Source of the DNA: a virus
Taxonomy: Duplodnaviria; Caudoviricetes
Direction: 5' to 3' (one strand)
IMG/VR virus record: IMGVR_UViG_3300018719_000038
Coordinates: 1 to 62,664 of that record
Length of the DNA: 62,664 nt
The translations under genes were made by a program, and so were the position numbers. Positions 28,096-37,144 of the stretch are shown here, piece by piece. Position 1 is the first letter of the stretch; every line of letters begins with the position of its first letter. The notes beneath the pieces were generated by a model. That model saw nothing but the letters and a program-made list of their open reading frames with translations, was not told where the DNA came from and searched no databases.

Positions 28096-28762
28096 TTCGT
28101 ACCTCCAAAGCTTCAATATATGGTTTATGATACTTATCTTCCCCTGCTTTCCTCGCAGCCGCAGCCGCATCAAGCGTAGCGTACTCGCCAAGATAGTACG
28201 ATTTACCCTTAACTCTGATGCTCGCGCGATATACGGCAGTTCCGTCCTTTTTTCGCCGCATCGTTACGCCCTTTACACCAGTGCTACTATCGCTTCTAAC
28301 TTTACTCTTAAGCACCGGAGTATAGACGCCCTCAACTCGTAAGTTATTTTCGTTATACCGCTGCAGCTCCGCACCTATTTCATCTCGCAGACATCCGCAA
28401 GATTTAGTTGTGCCGTTACGTAGGCGCAGCGCATCGACGCTCGTTTCCTCACCGCAATCACAGCGGCATTCCCAATAGACGTGTCTAGTCTTCGGGTCAG
28501 TTTTTCCGCGCCCAATGACGATAAGTTTACCGAAACGCTTGCCAGTTAAATCGTCGAGATTCGCGGCGCTCGTACGTTCACGTTGCGCACATCCGCAGGA
28601 CGTTGTATGACCGTTGCGTAAATTCGGCATTGTAACCGGCACGTCTTTTCCACAATCACACCGACACAACCAACGCCGCGTATACCCTTTTCGCTCGATT
28701 TCACGGATTACAACAAGTCGGCCGTAACGTTGGCCTGTTAGATCGATTAGTTGCTTACCCAT
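28076..28762 (-). CDS. AP2-domain protein with two Cys-rich repeats
   Basis: DLTG.R[YF]G.L.VI...W.C.CDCG...SCGC twice; STGVKGV..YRASI..YLGEY..AAAARK AP2 domain. Confidence 0.8.
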   Translation of the reverse strand: MGKQLIDLTGQRYGRLVVIREIERKGYTRRWLCRCDCGKDVPVTMPNLRNGHTTSCGCAQRERTSAANLDDLTGKRFGKLIVIGRGKTDPKTRHVYWECRCDCGEETSVDALRLRNGTTKSCGCLRDEIGAELQRYNENNLRVEGVYTPVLKSKVRSDSSTGVKGVTMRRKKDGTAVYRASIRVKGKSYYLGEYATLDAAAAARKAGEDKYHKPYIEALEVRSEQRGD

Positions 28763-29154
28763 TACGCAATTGCCGCCAATACTTCGGATTGATCGACTAC
28801 GCGGATTTCTCCGTTAGCCACTTCGATGATTTCGCGTCGGCGGCCGTTATTATATTCGTAAAAGCCGTTGTTCAAACGGAACACCTTTTCGCCGTATTCG
28901 TTCGCGTAGTCCGCATTCAGAAACTTCCGCTCCAATTTGTATACCGGATGAGGGCCGACGATTTGTGCCAGCCACGTTTTGAATTTACGAGTGTCGGCGG
29001 CAAGTTCGAACGTTACTCTTGCTTTAGCGGCTTTGACGTTCGCCCAAGCTTGTTTCAGCGCCTCTGCGAAGTATTCTTTTGCCGATCCCCCAAAATGATT
29101 AGCCCCCTGTCTAGCAATCGCCCAAGCCGCTTTCATAACGTTCATCATCTTCAT
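28762..29154 (-). CDS. Hypothetical protein
   Basis: VMKAAWAIAR..FAEALKQAW N-terminus common in phage early genes. Confidence 0.7.
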   Translation of the reverse strand: MKMMNVMKAAWAIARQGANHFGGSAKEYFAEALKQAWANVKAAKARVTFELAADTRKFKTWLAQIVGPHPVYKLERKFLNADYANEYGEKVFRLNNGFYEYNNGRRREIIEVANGEIRVVDQSEVLAAIA

Positions 29155-29249
29155 TACCTCCCGTTTTCTTATTCTACGTATATAATAACATGCAATTATT
29201 TATATGTAAAGAAGTATTTTGAGATTGTGGGCATGAAAAAGCGCCGCAG

Positions 29250-29438
29250 CTACGCGACGCCCCTTTCCGCTAATATTTGCCGCGTCACCGCAGCCTTGTA
29301 CGCCATTAGGCGTTTGTAGCGCCCGGTTGGCGGCTTCTTAACGTTCCGCCCGCGAAGATATTCAAACCGGCGCGCCCCGTACTCGTTGGCTTTGCGCGTG
29401 AAAAATGCGATGCGGTCAGCGGTTGATTTCCGTTTCAT
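29250..29438 (-). CDS. Small basic hypothetical protein
   Basis: 62 aa; ATGA overlap with upstream peptide. Confidence 0.55.
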   Translation of the reverse strand: MKRKSTADRIAFFTRKANEYGARRFEYLRGRNVKKPPTGRYKRLMAYKAAVTRQILAERGVA

Positions 29439-29518
29439 TTCCGTCTCAACGCCCGAATCAACGCAACAACCGACAAGGCCAGCGCGGCCAGGCTAATGAT
29501 TAATGTTACTGTTTCCAT
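29435..29518 (-). CDS. 27-aa single-TM peptide
   Basis: METVTLIISLAALALSVVALIRALRRK behind AAGGAGG. Confidence 0.7.
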   Translation of the reverse strand: METVTLIISLAALALSVVALIRALRRK

Positions 29519-29553
29519 GCGTTATTCCTCCTTAGAGGGGCCGAAGCCCGGTA

Positions 29554-29868
29554 TTATGCCTTGACGGCGAAGTCCTCTATCCCAGCCTCGTTATGCACCG
29601 TATAAACGCTGTATTCCCCGTAAGTGCCATCGTATGTGGCTTCTTCTGGCAATTCATTCATCGCTACAAGCGGCATAGTTTCCATGCCACATTCCATAAA
29701 GACTGATACAACTTTGCGGATTTCAATACGGTGTTTCCAATACTCATTTACATTTCCCAACGCATCTTTGATGAAGTAGCACTTCCTTGATTCGTTCACT
29801 ATTGTCCCATTCAACCACTCGCCTTGCTCGTTGTACCAACCACCAGCTTTTCGAAATTGAACATTCAT
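29554..29868 (-). CDS. Hypothetical protein
   Basis: 104-aa AT-rich ORF with RBS GGAGG. Confidence 0.7.
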   Translation of the reverse strand: MNVQFRKAGGWYNEQGEWLNGTIVNESRKCYFIKDALGNVNEYWKHRIEIRKVVSVFMECGMETMPLVAMNELPEEATYDGTYGEYSVYTVHNEAGIEDFAVKA

Positions 29869-29932
29869 AACGTTCCCTCCCCGCGTAAGGCCGCCGCCAG
29901 ATTGTATATTTCAAACCGTTTATGTTAAGATT

Positions 29933-30012
29933 GGGAGGAGAGGGGCGCTACCCTCTCCAGCGGAACCTTTCTAACGTCTGCGCCGTACGCGTCGTTTAGG
30001 GGTTCCTTTTTT
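29933..30012 (+). ncRNA. Putative antisense antitoxin RNA
   Basis: TTGTAT / TGnTAAGAT promoter upstream, GGAGAGG/CCTCTCC hairpin, GGAACC...GGTTCC-TTTTTT terminator overlapping the 3' end of the peptide gene. Confidence 0.6.
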
Positions 30013-30093
30013 ACGTTCCTTGCGGATTGTGATGATTGCCGTTACTAACTGGACAATCGCCGTAAGGAGCAAGACCCAATCTCTGATTTCCAT
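29971..30093 (-). CDS. Putative type I toxin (40 aa, TM plus basic tail)
   Basis: MEIRDWVLLLTAIVQLVTAIITIRKERKKGTPKRRVRRRR behind AGGAGGTG. Confidence 0.7.
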   Translation of the reverse strand: MEIRDWVLLLTAIVQLVTAIITIRKERKKGTPKRRVRRRR

Positions 30094-30120
30094 TTCTCTT
30101 GTTCACCTCCTTTCTGATTC

Positions 30121-30185
30121 TATTATACGTTATCGTATATCGTATAGTCAACCCCGTTTACGAGATTTATTCTTTATCGTATAAT
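30121..30185. promoter_or_regulatory. Divergent sigmaA-type promoters with TATCGTATA operator repeats
   Basis: Minus strand TTGACT-N18-TATAAT; plus strand TATAAT at 30180; TATCGTATA at 30131, 30138, 30175. Confidence 0.65.
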
Positions 30186-30206
30186 GAATATCGGAGGTGA
30201 ATCGTT

Positions 30207-30410
30207 ATGCTTACGGCCGTCCCTCGTTTAAATGAGATACTAAAGGAGCGCAACATCACGCAGACACAGCTCGCAATGATGTCCGGCGTTCCTCAACCGT
30301 CTATATCGCGTTTTGACAAAAATACGCGCCACGAGTCCGCGCACCTATTCGCAATTTCCCGCGCGCTCGGACTTTCTATCGAAGACTTATTTCACGTCAG
30401 CGAGGCGTAA
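30207..30410 (+). CDS. XRE-family HTH regulator
   Basis: LKERNITQTQLAMMSGVPQPSISRF..IEDLF. Confidence 0.88.
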   Translation: MLTAVPRLNEILKERNITQTQLAMMSGVPQPSISRFDKNTRHESAHLFAISRALGLSIEDLFHVSEA

Positions 30411-30428
30411 AATTTTCCCGTTGAATAA

Positions 30429-30440
30429 GAACGTTTGTTC
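30429..30440. promoter_or_regulatory. Gram-positive LexA (SOS) box
   Basis: GAAC-GTTT-GTTC between TTGAAT and TATAAT upstream of the YolD-like gene. Confidence 0.8.
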
Positions 30441-30471
30441 GGTATATAATATCCGCAGAGGTGATTCGGAT

Positions 30472-30813
30472 ATGTCAACGAACAAACTTACGCCGGGCTC
30501 GAATATGGTATGGGAGTCCTCGCGCATGATCATGCCGGAGCATAAAGAGGCGATGCTACGCGCCCAACACGAGGAAAAGCGCCGTCACCGTCCGGAAATA
30601 GACGAACAGCTCGCGGAGCAGATTTCGCGTTTCCTCGTCGAGACGCATCGTGCTAAGCAGCCGGTTAATTTGCGCATGTTTGACGAGTTCGAAGACGTGC
30701 GCGTTGTCGGCGTAATTGAACGGCTCGATCCGCGGGCCGGCCGCTTTATGGTCGACGGCGAATGGTTCGGAATGGCGGACATACTCGAAATGGGATTCGC
30801 GCCAAGGGAATAG
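30472..30813 (+). CDS. YolD-like protein
   Basis: NMVWESSRMIMPEHKE motif; SOS box upstream; ATG at 30472. Confidence 0.85.
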   Translation: MSTNKLTPGSNMVWESSRMIMPEHKEAMLRAQHEEKRRHRPEIDEQLAEQISRFLVETHRAKQPVNLRMFDEFEDVRVVGVIERLDPRAGRFMVDGEWFGMADILEMGFAPRE

Positions 30814-30825
30814 GAAATGAACGCA

Positions 30826-30866
30826 GAAAAGCGCCGTTGTCACGTAGATTAAACGGCGCTCTTTTC
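30826..30866. terminator. Bidirectional terminator
   Basis: GAAAAGCGCCGTT...AACGGCGCTCTTTTC between convergent genes. Confidence 0.7.
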
Positions 30867-30872
30867 GTTATG

Positions 30873-31445
30873 CTATGCGGCGGCTGCTATCGGTAGTTCC
30901 GCGTATTCAACGATTACCTCCCGACCGGTCAGCGCCATCGCCCGCCACTTCGCACCGATTCCGACGCACTGCGTAAATGGCATGCTCGCGCCTTCAACGA
31001 CAGGCCCAGGCGACGTATCACGCCGATATTGCGCCTTTCTTGCGGCGTTCTTCGTCCGAATGCCGCGATCCATCCAGGCGTTTTCGTATTTGCTACGCAT
31101 GCGCTTCTTTCTCGGCCGATGGTCGACGCCGTCCGCACCTATTGATTCTGCGACCCATAGCGATACCTCGCGGTCGTGTCTTCGGCCGAGTTGCCACTCG
31201 CTCATGAACGGGTATTCATTGCGCGTCATCTTATCCGGATGCCTGTCCGTCAGCTCCTCGCGCAAAATATAGTCGGTCAGGCGCTCAAGCTCCGCCGGGT
31301 CCGGCGCAACCCCGACGCTATCAATATACGCCTCGGTCAGCGCGTGGACGGCAGCCATCCTTTCGCCGCGGTCCGCAATGTCCTCCGAAATCAGGTCCGT
31401 CACCGCGTCGTGAAATTCCGCTTTATAGTCGTATACCACGCTCAT
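30873..31445 (-). CDS. Conserved phage hypothetical protein
   Basis: LERLTDYILREEL..DKMTRNEYPFMSEWQL; ATG at 31445. Confidence 0.7.
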   Translation of the reverse strand: MSVVYDYKAEFHDAVTDLISEDIADRGERMAAVHALTEAYIDSVGVAPDPAELERLTDYILREELTDRHPDKMTRNEYPFMSEWQLGRRHDREVSLWVAESIGADGVDHRPRKKRMRSKYENAWMDRGIRTKNAARKAQYRRDTSPGPVVEGASMPFTQCVGIGAKWRAMALTGREVIVEYAELPIAAAA

Positions 31446-31446
31446 A

Positions 31447-31854
31447 TTAAGCCGCCTCCCCTTCCGCCGATGCGATGTCCTCCGTATATTCGACCACAAC
31501 TTCGCCGTATTCCCATTTGCGGTAGACCGCCGCCAGCTTTTCCGCAGCCTCATCGTACATTTTTGCGACGACTTGCCGGGCGATACCCATGACGCGCGCC
31601 GCTTCGTTCTGCGTCAGATCCATTCCGGAAATAAGCGCAACGGCTTCCGTCTGGCGATCCGTCAGGCCGGCGTTGTATATTGCGCTGTTCAAATCGAGTA
31701 AAATGTCGCTGGCCGCCGTATCGCCTTTAAAGCGCGCGGAGCTAATCCGGTGCCGGTCGCGGAGTAGCGATTTGACCCCGGCTGCCGTACTCAACGCGTA
31801 TTTAACGGAGTATGTCCGTTCCTTTTTCGCTGTGTCGATTTTTACGTGTCCCAC
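31447..31854 (-). CDS. Sigma-70 region 4-like transcriptional regulator
   Basis: LTDRQTEAVAL..DLTQNEAARVMGIARQVV. Confidence 0.8.
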   Translation of the reverse strand: MGHVKIDTAKKERTYSVKYALSTAAGVKSLLRDRHRISSARFKGDTAASDILLDLNSAIYNAGLTDRQTEAVALISGMDLTQNEAARVMGIARQVVAKMYDEAAEKLAAVYRKWEYGEVVVEYTEDIASAEGEAA

Positions 31855-31969
31855 TGCGCTCTCCCCTTTTCTCTAGCGATAATGGCGCAACGCTGCGCTA
31901 TATGAACGTTGCCGCACGCAGTCGCTGCGTTTCTATTTCTAATTTTTCAAACGTTGAGATTTGCGAATG

Positions 31970-33160
31970 TCAGGCCGCCTTTTTCCCCTGTTTGCGCTTT
32001 TCGACGCCGACACCGTCAAATATACACGGTTTCCATTCAATAACGTCTTCCAACCGATCAAGTATCGCCTCTTCCGTTTTCTCCGTAATGACGCCGAATC
32101 CGTTAAGTTCGTCCATAAGCGCGGCTCGCTCTTCTTCCGGAATCTCTGCGATAAGGACACGAGCGAATCCGAGTTGAAACAGCATCGAACGGTACACTTT
32201 CGGAAATACCTGCCGTAAATATCGCAAGTACCCGCGCCGGATCGGAATCGGACACGCCTGGCATCCGGTTCGCGGCATGAATACGTTAAGACCCTTCGCG
32301 ACCAAGAACTCGGCCGTGACTCGGTCTACAACAACGTCCTTCCCGGTATACCGATCGTCAATTACCGCGTTCATATCGTAAATCGGATTGTACGGAATCG
32401 CATGGCGGCGAACGTATTCCCAAACGTCTTCCTGCCGATTGTTACCGAAGTTGAACGAGTCACCGAGCGCAGTCCAGTACAAGATCGGCCGGCACACCCA
32501 CGTTTTCCACTCGGAGCGCGAGTAGTAGAAATCTCCGTCGCGGCGAGCGGACATCCAACGTTGGCGAGATTCCCCGGCTCGGACTCCGTTAAACATAATG
32601 TGCCAGCCGTTCTCGCGGATCGCCTTTCGCATCGGCTGATGTTTGAGACTGTGGCAACACTTTTCGACGACAGGTTTGCCGTTTTCGCGGTCCCCTTTAC
32701 GCTTAAAGAGCGAATCAACGCCGTTCTCTTCGTAAATCTTCCGCAGAGTGGTTTCCGGCCGGGCTTCGACCAGATTAAGCGCCCATTCCTCCGTCATCCT
32801 CTTTGCGTAGAGACGTGTTTGAGGGTATTCATTTAGCGTGTTATTCCAAACAGTGTCGAACCAAATGCCCAGTTCGTTCGACACGCGACGAACCAAATGA
32901 AGCGTTATAATCGAATCCACCCCGAAAGAACACGATACGACGACTTTCAATTTATCGCCGTGCTCCTCGATCCCCTTGCGAAGAACCTCGCGAATCAGAT
33001 TTAATGCGCGTTCCTCTTTCCAGGCGAGCGGCGCGGTTTTGTGCCATTCTTCCGTCTCAACACGCGACTCTTTCGGAAGCCTGGACGATTCCTTCGTAAT
33101 ATCTGCGTATCCAAACAGTTCGACCACCTCCCCGTTATTCAATCGTCCCGTCCGCGCCAA
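31970..33160 (-). CDS. PAPS-reductase-family (PP-loop, Fe-S) protein
   Basis: SCSFGVDS, KCCHSLKHQP, GVRAGESRQR, RPILYW, RTGCQAC. Confidence 0.85.
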   Translation of the reverse strand: MARTGRLNNGEVVELFGYADITKESSRLPKESRVETEEWHKTAPLAWKEERALNLIREVLRKGIEEHGDKLKVVVSCSFGVDSIITLHLVRRVSNELGIWFDTVWNNTLNEYPQTRLYAKRMTEEWALNLVEARPETTLRKIYEENGVDSLFKRKGDRENGKPVVEKCCHSLKHQPMRKAIRENGWHIMFNGVRAGESRQRWMSARRDGDFYYSRSEWKTWVCRPILYWTALGDSFNFGNNRQEDVWEYVRRHAIPYNPIYDMNAVIDDRYTGKDVVVDRVTAEFLVAKGLNVFMPRTGCQACPIPIRRGYLRYLRQVFPKVYRSMLFQLGFARVLIAEIPEEERAALMDELNGFGVITEKTEEAILDRLEDVIEWKPCIFDGVGVEKRKQGKKAA

Positions 33161-33368
33161 TCACGCCGCGCTCCTTAATCACGCATGACTCGACCCACGC
33201 GAACTCACAACGGTCATGTATCGGATTGTCCGCGAGGTCAGATACGGTCGTTACCGTATCTCCTTCGTAAATCTCACCGCCGCACCAGGCGCAGTAACAA
33301 ACTACTCGCGGTTCGTCGCGCGGCCCCGGCGGAGCGAAGCGGTATTCTGGAGTTCCATCGTTAATCAT
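33135..33368 (-). CDS. Small Zn-finger protein
   Basis: CAWCGGEIYEGD..HDRC. Confidence 0.7.
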   Translation of the reverse strand: MINDGTPEYRFAPPGPRDEPRVVCYCAWCGGEIYEGDTVTTVSDLADNPIHDRCEFAWVESCVIKERGVIGADGTIE

Positions 33369-34645
33369 GCAGCCACCTCCAATTCCGAAGTCAGACCGTT
33401 GCCCGTTCGGTCCAACTCCGCGTAATACTCGCTAACAATCTGATCCTGCCACGTGAAATCGAACGTACTCACTTCCTCGCCGCGCCACTCGACCCCTTCG
33501 CCAGCCCCTAGCGTCAACTCGTTCCAGCGGTAAGGTCCGTCTGAATACGTGCGGCTCGCGTCCTTATATCCGTCACTGGCTCCGTTCGCGTGCGAAAACA
33601 TAAACGCCGATACGTCTTTTAACGAATGCCACGACGGTATGTGCGGATACAGGTTAGAGCGCGTCAAGTAGTCGTCCGTGAAATCGTCGAGCAACTCGTC
33701 AAGCTGCGTAAGTCCGTCGCCCCATATATCCGTTGATCTCCCGTCTTTGTCGTAACCAATATCCGTTATCTGCGCGAAGTAAGCCCGCGTCTGCCCCGCA
33801 AGAAACTTTGCGTCAAATTCCGAAATATCCTCGTAACTACTTCCCAAATTCGAGCCCCAGCGCTTGGTCACGGCCGGTATGAGCGGAGTTCCCGGCGGCA
33901 CTTTCCGTACGATGAGAATTTGCGTCGGAACCGTCGTACCGGTCAGCGCGAACGTTTCGCCCGGCAACATTATCGTCGCGACGTGCCAGCACGTTTCGTA
34001 TAACATTCGGCGCACCTTTTCCGCGTAATTGGCGTAATTGAGGCCCATCGGAAGCACGAGCGCAATGTAGCCGCCCGGTTTCACCGCCTTAATCGCGAGC
34101 TCAATAAACGCAGATTCCGACTTGCCCTTCGCGCGTCCCTTTGTTGTCCGTAGCGTTTCGAACGTATCCGGCAGCGTCTCGGCCGCGACATCGATCGTAA
34201 CGCCATACGGAGGATTCCCGACGACATAATCGTAATAGTCGCGTCGGTCGTGATGGAACGCGTCGCCCTGGATAACATCGGCGTGCGGATAGATGAGCGA
34301 CGTTACCTTTGCGCTGATATCGTCGAGTTCAAGCGCAGTTATCTCCGCGTCCTCCGGGATGTGTTCGATAAATACGCCACTGCCGCAGGACGGCTCCAAC
34401 CAGCGCGAGCCAGCCGGAAACTCACCGCCGCAAAGACCGCGCAACGCCTCGATTATGAAGCGCGCAACATGTGTCGGCGTATAAAACGCACCGCCTGCGT
34501 ATGCGTTCGGGAGTAGGCCGCCCGTTGACGTGTAGTTCTCGCGGAGAAACGCAATGTCCTCCGCTGTGATTTCTTCGCGCGGTTTCGCAACAATCGCCAT
34601 CGAGCGAACATTACCGTCCCATCGTTTGCGATCAGCTTTACCCAT
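33365..34645 (-). CDS. N6-adenine DNA methyltransferase
   Basis: AFYTP, LEPSCGSGVF, VVGNPPY, KPGG..ALVLP, F..TGTTVPT. Confidence 0.92.
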   Translation of the reverse strand: MGKADRKRWDGNVRSMAIVAKPREEITAEDIAFLRENYTSTGGLLPNAYAGGAFYTPTHVARFIIEALRGLCGGEFPAGSRWLEPSCGSGVFIEHIPEDAEITALELDDISAKVTSLIYPHADVIQGDAFHHDRRDYYDYVVGNPPYGVTIDVAAETLPDTFETLRTTKGRAKGKSESAFIELAIKAVKPGGYIALVLPMGLNYANYAEKVRRMLYETCWHVATIMLPGETFALTGTTVPTQILIVRKVPPGTPLIPAVTKRWGSNLGSSYEDISEFDAKFLAGQTRAYFAQITDIGYDKDGRSTDIWGDGLTQLDELLDDFTDDYLTRSNLYPHIPSWHSLKDVSAFMFSHANGASDGYKDASRTYSDGPYRWNELTLGAGEGVEWRGEEVSTFDFTWQDQIVSEYYAELDRTGNGLTSELEVAA

Positions 34646-35230
34646 TTACGCAGCCCTCCCGTCTCCTAACGCCAGGTAACGCATTATCTCGTCTATCTGC
34701 TCATACAACTCCGTCAGCCCTGCGTCATTAACAACGGTAAAGTCCGCAACGTATTCGTCGAGCGCCGTCTCCGTGCCGTGCGTCAGGTCGCGCAACGCGA
34801 AGCTATCGCCCGACTCGACTGCGCGCTGGATACGTAAACTTTCCGGAGCCTCAACGCGAATGAGGACGTAGCCCCGCGCCGATAACGCTTCGGCCTCGTT
34901 TAACTGGCGCACATCGCTGATTATGGCAGGTTTCGGAGTGATCCCGGAGCACCTTGCGTCCTCTTGATCGAAATAGACCGATTCCAGACACGCGTCAATC
35001 CAAACGTCCTCTCCGACGTGTTCGCGCATGAACTGGCCGTGGAACTGGTAGCCGGCGCGAGGCTTCGGTTCGCGAGGAATCTCGGGATAGCGGCGGTGAA
35101 AATCGTCTTTTAGCGCGTCGCCGAACGCGAAACGCGTGTATCCGTATTTCTCCGCAAGATAGGCGGCAACTGTGTCTTTGCCGCTGCGGAGCTTGCCGAC
35201 GAGCCCTATATTTATAAGTTTTTCGCTAAT
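34646..35230 (-). CDS. Deoxynucleoside monophosphate kinase (probable ATT start)
   Basis: Upstream in-frame GLVGKLRSGKDT P-loop, FAFGDALK, ISDVRQLNE; the ORF track misses the first 67 codons. Confidence 0.85.
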   Translation of the reverse strand: MSEKLINIGLVGKLRSGKDTVAAYLAEKYGYTRFAFGDALKDDFHRRYPEIPREPKPRAGYQFHGQFMREHVGEDVWIDACLESVYFDQEDARCSGITPKPAIISDVRQLNEAEALSARGYVLIRVEAPESLRIQRAVESGDSFALRDLTHGTETALDEYVADFTVVNDAGLTELYEQIDEIMRYLALGDGRAA

Positions 35231-35310
35231 GACTGACGCCCCCCTATTTACTAGGTATAAAGAACCATAAAACTCTATCCGATAAAGTAAAAGAGAATGG
35301 AGGAATTATT

Positions 35311-35694
35311 ATGAAGATATCCGGTGAGCAGAATGCAATAACCAGAATGAGAGAGTTAAAAAAGCACTATCATGGTCTCTCTTCTAAGGATTTAATAAGT
35401 TTAAAAGCGGCTTATGAAGCTAATGAAGAAGACAACAAGCAGCTTAGTATCGTTGTTCTAATGGTAGGTGCGGTGTTCACGCTGTTGAATTTAGCAATCA
35501 CAAGCCTTTCAAAAGTGCCTACTTTAGTAAACACTCTGACGGCTGCAATATTAGCTCTTTTCTCAATTGGCGGTGTGTCAGTAATTGGAATCCGCATATC
35601 TAGAAAGAATATTGAAACTACACTTAAGAGGAAAGCAATCGAGATAGTTTTATCCGAGAGAACCGCAAGAACAAAAACAAAGAGCGTTGATTAA
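35311..35694 (+). CDS. Two-TM accessory membrane protein
   Basis: AT-rich, counter-oriented, RBS GGAGG, two hydrophobic helices. Confidence 0.7.
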   Translation: MKISGEQNAITRMRELKKHYHGLSSKDLISLKAAYEANEEDNKQLSIVVLMVGAVFTLLNLAITSLSKVPTLVNTLTAAILALFSIGGVSVIGIRISRKNIETTLKRKAIEIVLSERTARTKTKSVD

Positions 35695-37124
35695 GCAATT
35701 AATCTATTCAGCGCGGAGGAGGCGGAGTCGTCCGCCCCTTCCCGCGAGTCGTCGATGATTTCCGCCTCTCTATCGCGGAGTTGTTGCGTAACAAATTGCG
35801 CGGTACATGTAACCTCAAACTCTCCGACACATGTGCGTACAATATCGCCATTCCGCACTTCCGACGGATTCGGCGCGGTCAAGTACTCCGCCGGGACTTC
35901 GAGACCCAGCGCACGCCGCAACGCAATGGCCTTCCCGATCCATACGTTGAATACGTCGTTCGGTGCGCATTTTGCGATTCCTGTGATGGTGCGGAAGTCC
36001 CCCGTAGATAGCCGGAACTCGCTACCGTATTTCGGCCGAATTAGCGCGACGACAGTCCGCTTGTTCCGATTAACTACGAACTCAACGCGGTAGAAATCGT
36101 CCCATAACGGACTGGCGTACGGGAGATTTGCCGATTGGGTTTCGCCGATCCGCGTCAATTCCAAAACGTCAGCCTTCGCCCGCTCAACGATTTCGTCGCG
36201 GATTTGTTGCGGCGACTTCCGCTCATTCAACAGTCCCGCAACCTTGCGCTTGGATTCCGGAGTCGGTGGCGACGATCGTACCGCTGCCGCCTTCCGCGCC
36301 GCTTCCAACGTTTCCAACGTAGCCACGCGACTTTCCAGCGTCTGAACTTTCGCGGTCAATGATGCGATATTCTCCGCAACCTGTTCCGCAGAAGACCGCG
36401 ACGAAAGGGGCGTAGCTGGGCGCGTGGAGAGCGGCGTCGGTGCGATTTCTTCCTCGCTCTTAATCGGTTCGAGTACGCGATAGTCACCGTCAAGAATATA
36501 CCAACCGTGAACACGCACGCGGTCCCGCGACAAGGTCGAGCGCTCAGTAACCGTTCCGATCTCGCCGACCATATGCATAACACCACATCCGCTTGACGCC
36601 GTAGTTTTGGTATTAACGATAATCACGCGCTCGCCCTTCGTAGCCTTCCGGTCGACCATGCGGAAGCGTTCGCCGTCGATGACGAGAACTTCCGTTGGTT
36701 CAAGAACACTAAAGTCGCGCGGATTGGCCTCGCGCTGCTTGTGCGCCTTTTCCGAATAGACCGTGCCTCCACCGTCTTTGTAGACGTGCTTAACGGTAAC
36801 GATATCTCCGGTGGCGAGCCCGTGACATGTCGTGTCTCCCACAATGATCGCGGTATCGCCTACGCGAGCTTTCCGCTTAACCTCGCGATATTCCCGCTTG
36901 ATGCCGCCGAGCGATTCGTCGGGGAGGACGGTGATTGGCGCGGAGTCTTCGGTAATGGTCTCGTAGTCCCCAAGTTGGACCACGAAACGATCACGACTAC
37001 CGTCGTGGAGAACGAGAACTCCTCCGGAATAATCGGTTGAGCCTCCCGTGACCTCAAAAACTTCGCCAATCCTGCCCGCATACCAATACGTGTTTTTCTT
37101 CGCGCCCGTAATCCGAATTTTCAT
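35691..37124 (-). CDS. Repeat-domain (SH3/KOW-like) phage protein
   Basis: Repeated [YF]R.V.RKA..G[DE] units; C-terminal AKCAP.DVF...IGKAIAL domain. Confidence 0.7.
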   Translation of the reverse strand: MKIRITGAKKNTYWYAGRIGEVFEVTGGSTDYSGGVLVLHDGSRDRFVVQLGDYETITEDSAPITVLPDESLGGIKREYREVKRKARVGDTAIIVGDTTCHGLATGDIVTVKHVYKDGGGTVYSEKAHKQREANPRDFSVLEPTEVLVIDGERFRMVDRKATKGERVIIVNTKTTASSGCGVMHMVGEIGTVTERSTLSRDRVRVHGWYILDGDYRVLEPIKSEEEIAPTPLSTRPATPLSSRSSAEQVAENIASLTAKVQTLESRVATLETLEAARKAAAVRSSPPTPESKRKVAGLLNERKSPQQIRDEIVERAKADVLELTRIGETQSANLPYASPLWDDFYRVEFVVNRNKRTVVALIRPKYGSEFRLSTGDFRTITGIAKCAPNDVFNVWIGKAIALRRALGLEVPAEYLTAPNPSEVRNGDIVRTCVGEFEVTCTAQFVTQQLRDREAEIIDDSREGADDSASSALNRLIA

Positions 37125-37144
37125 TTAATCCGCTCCCTTTTCGA

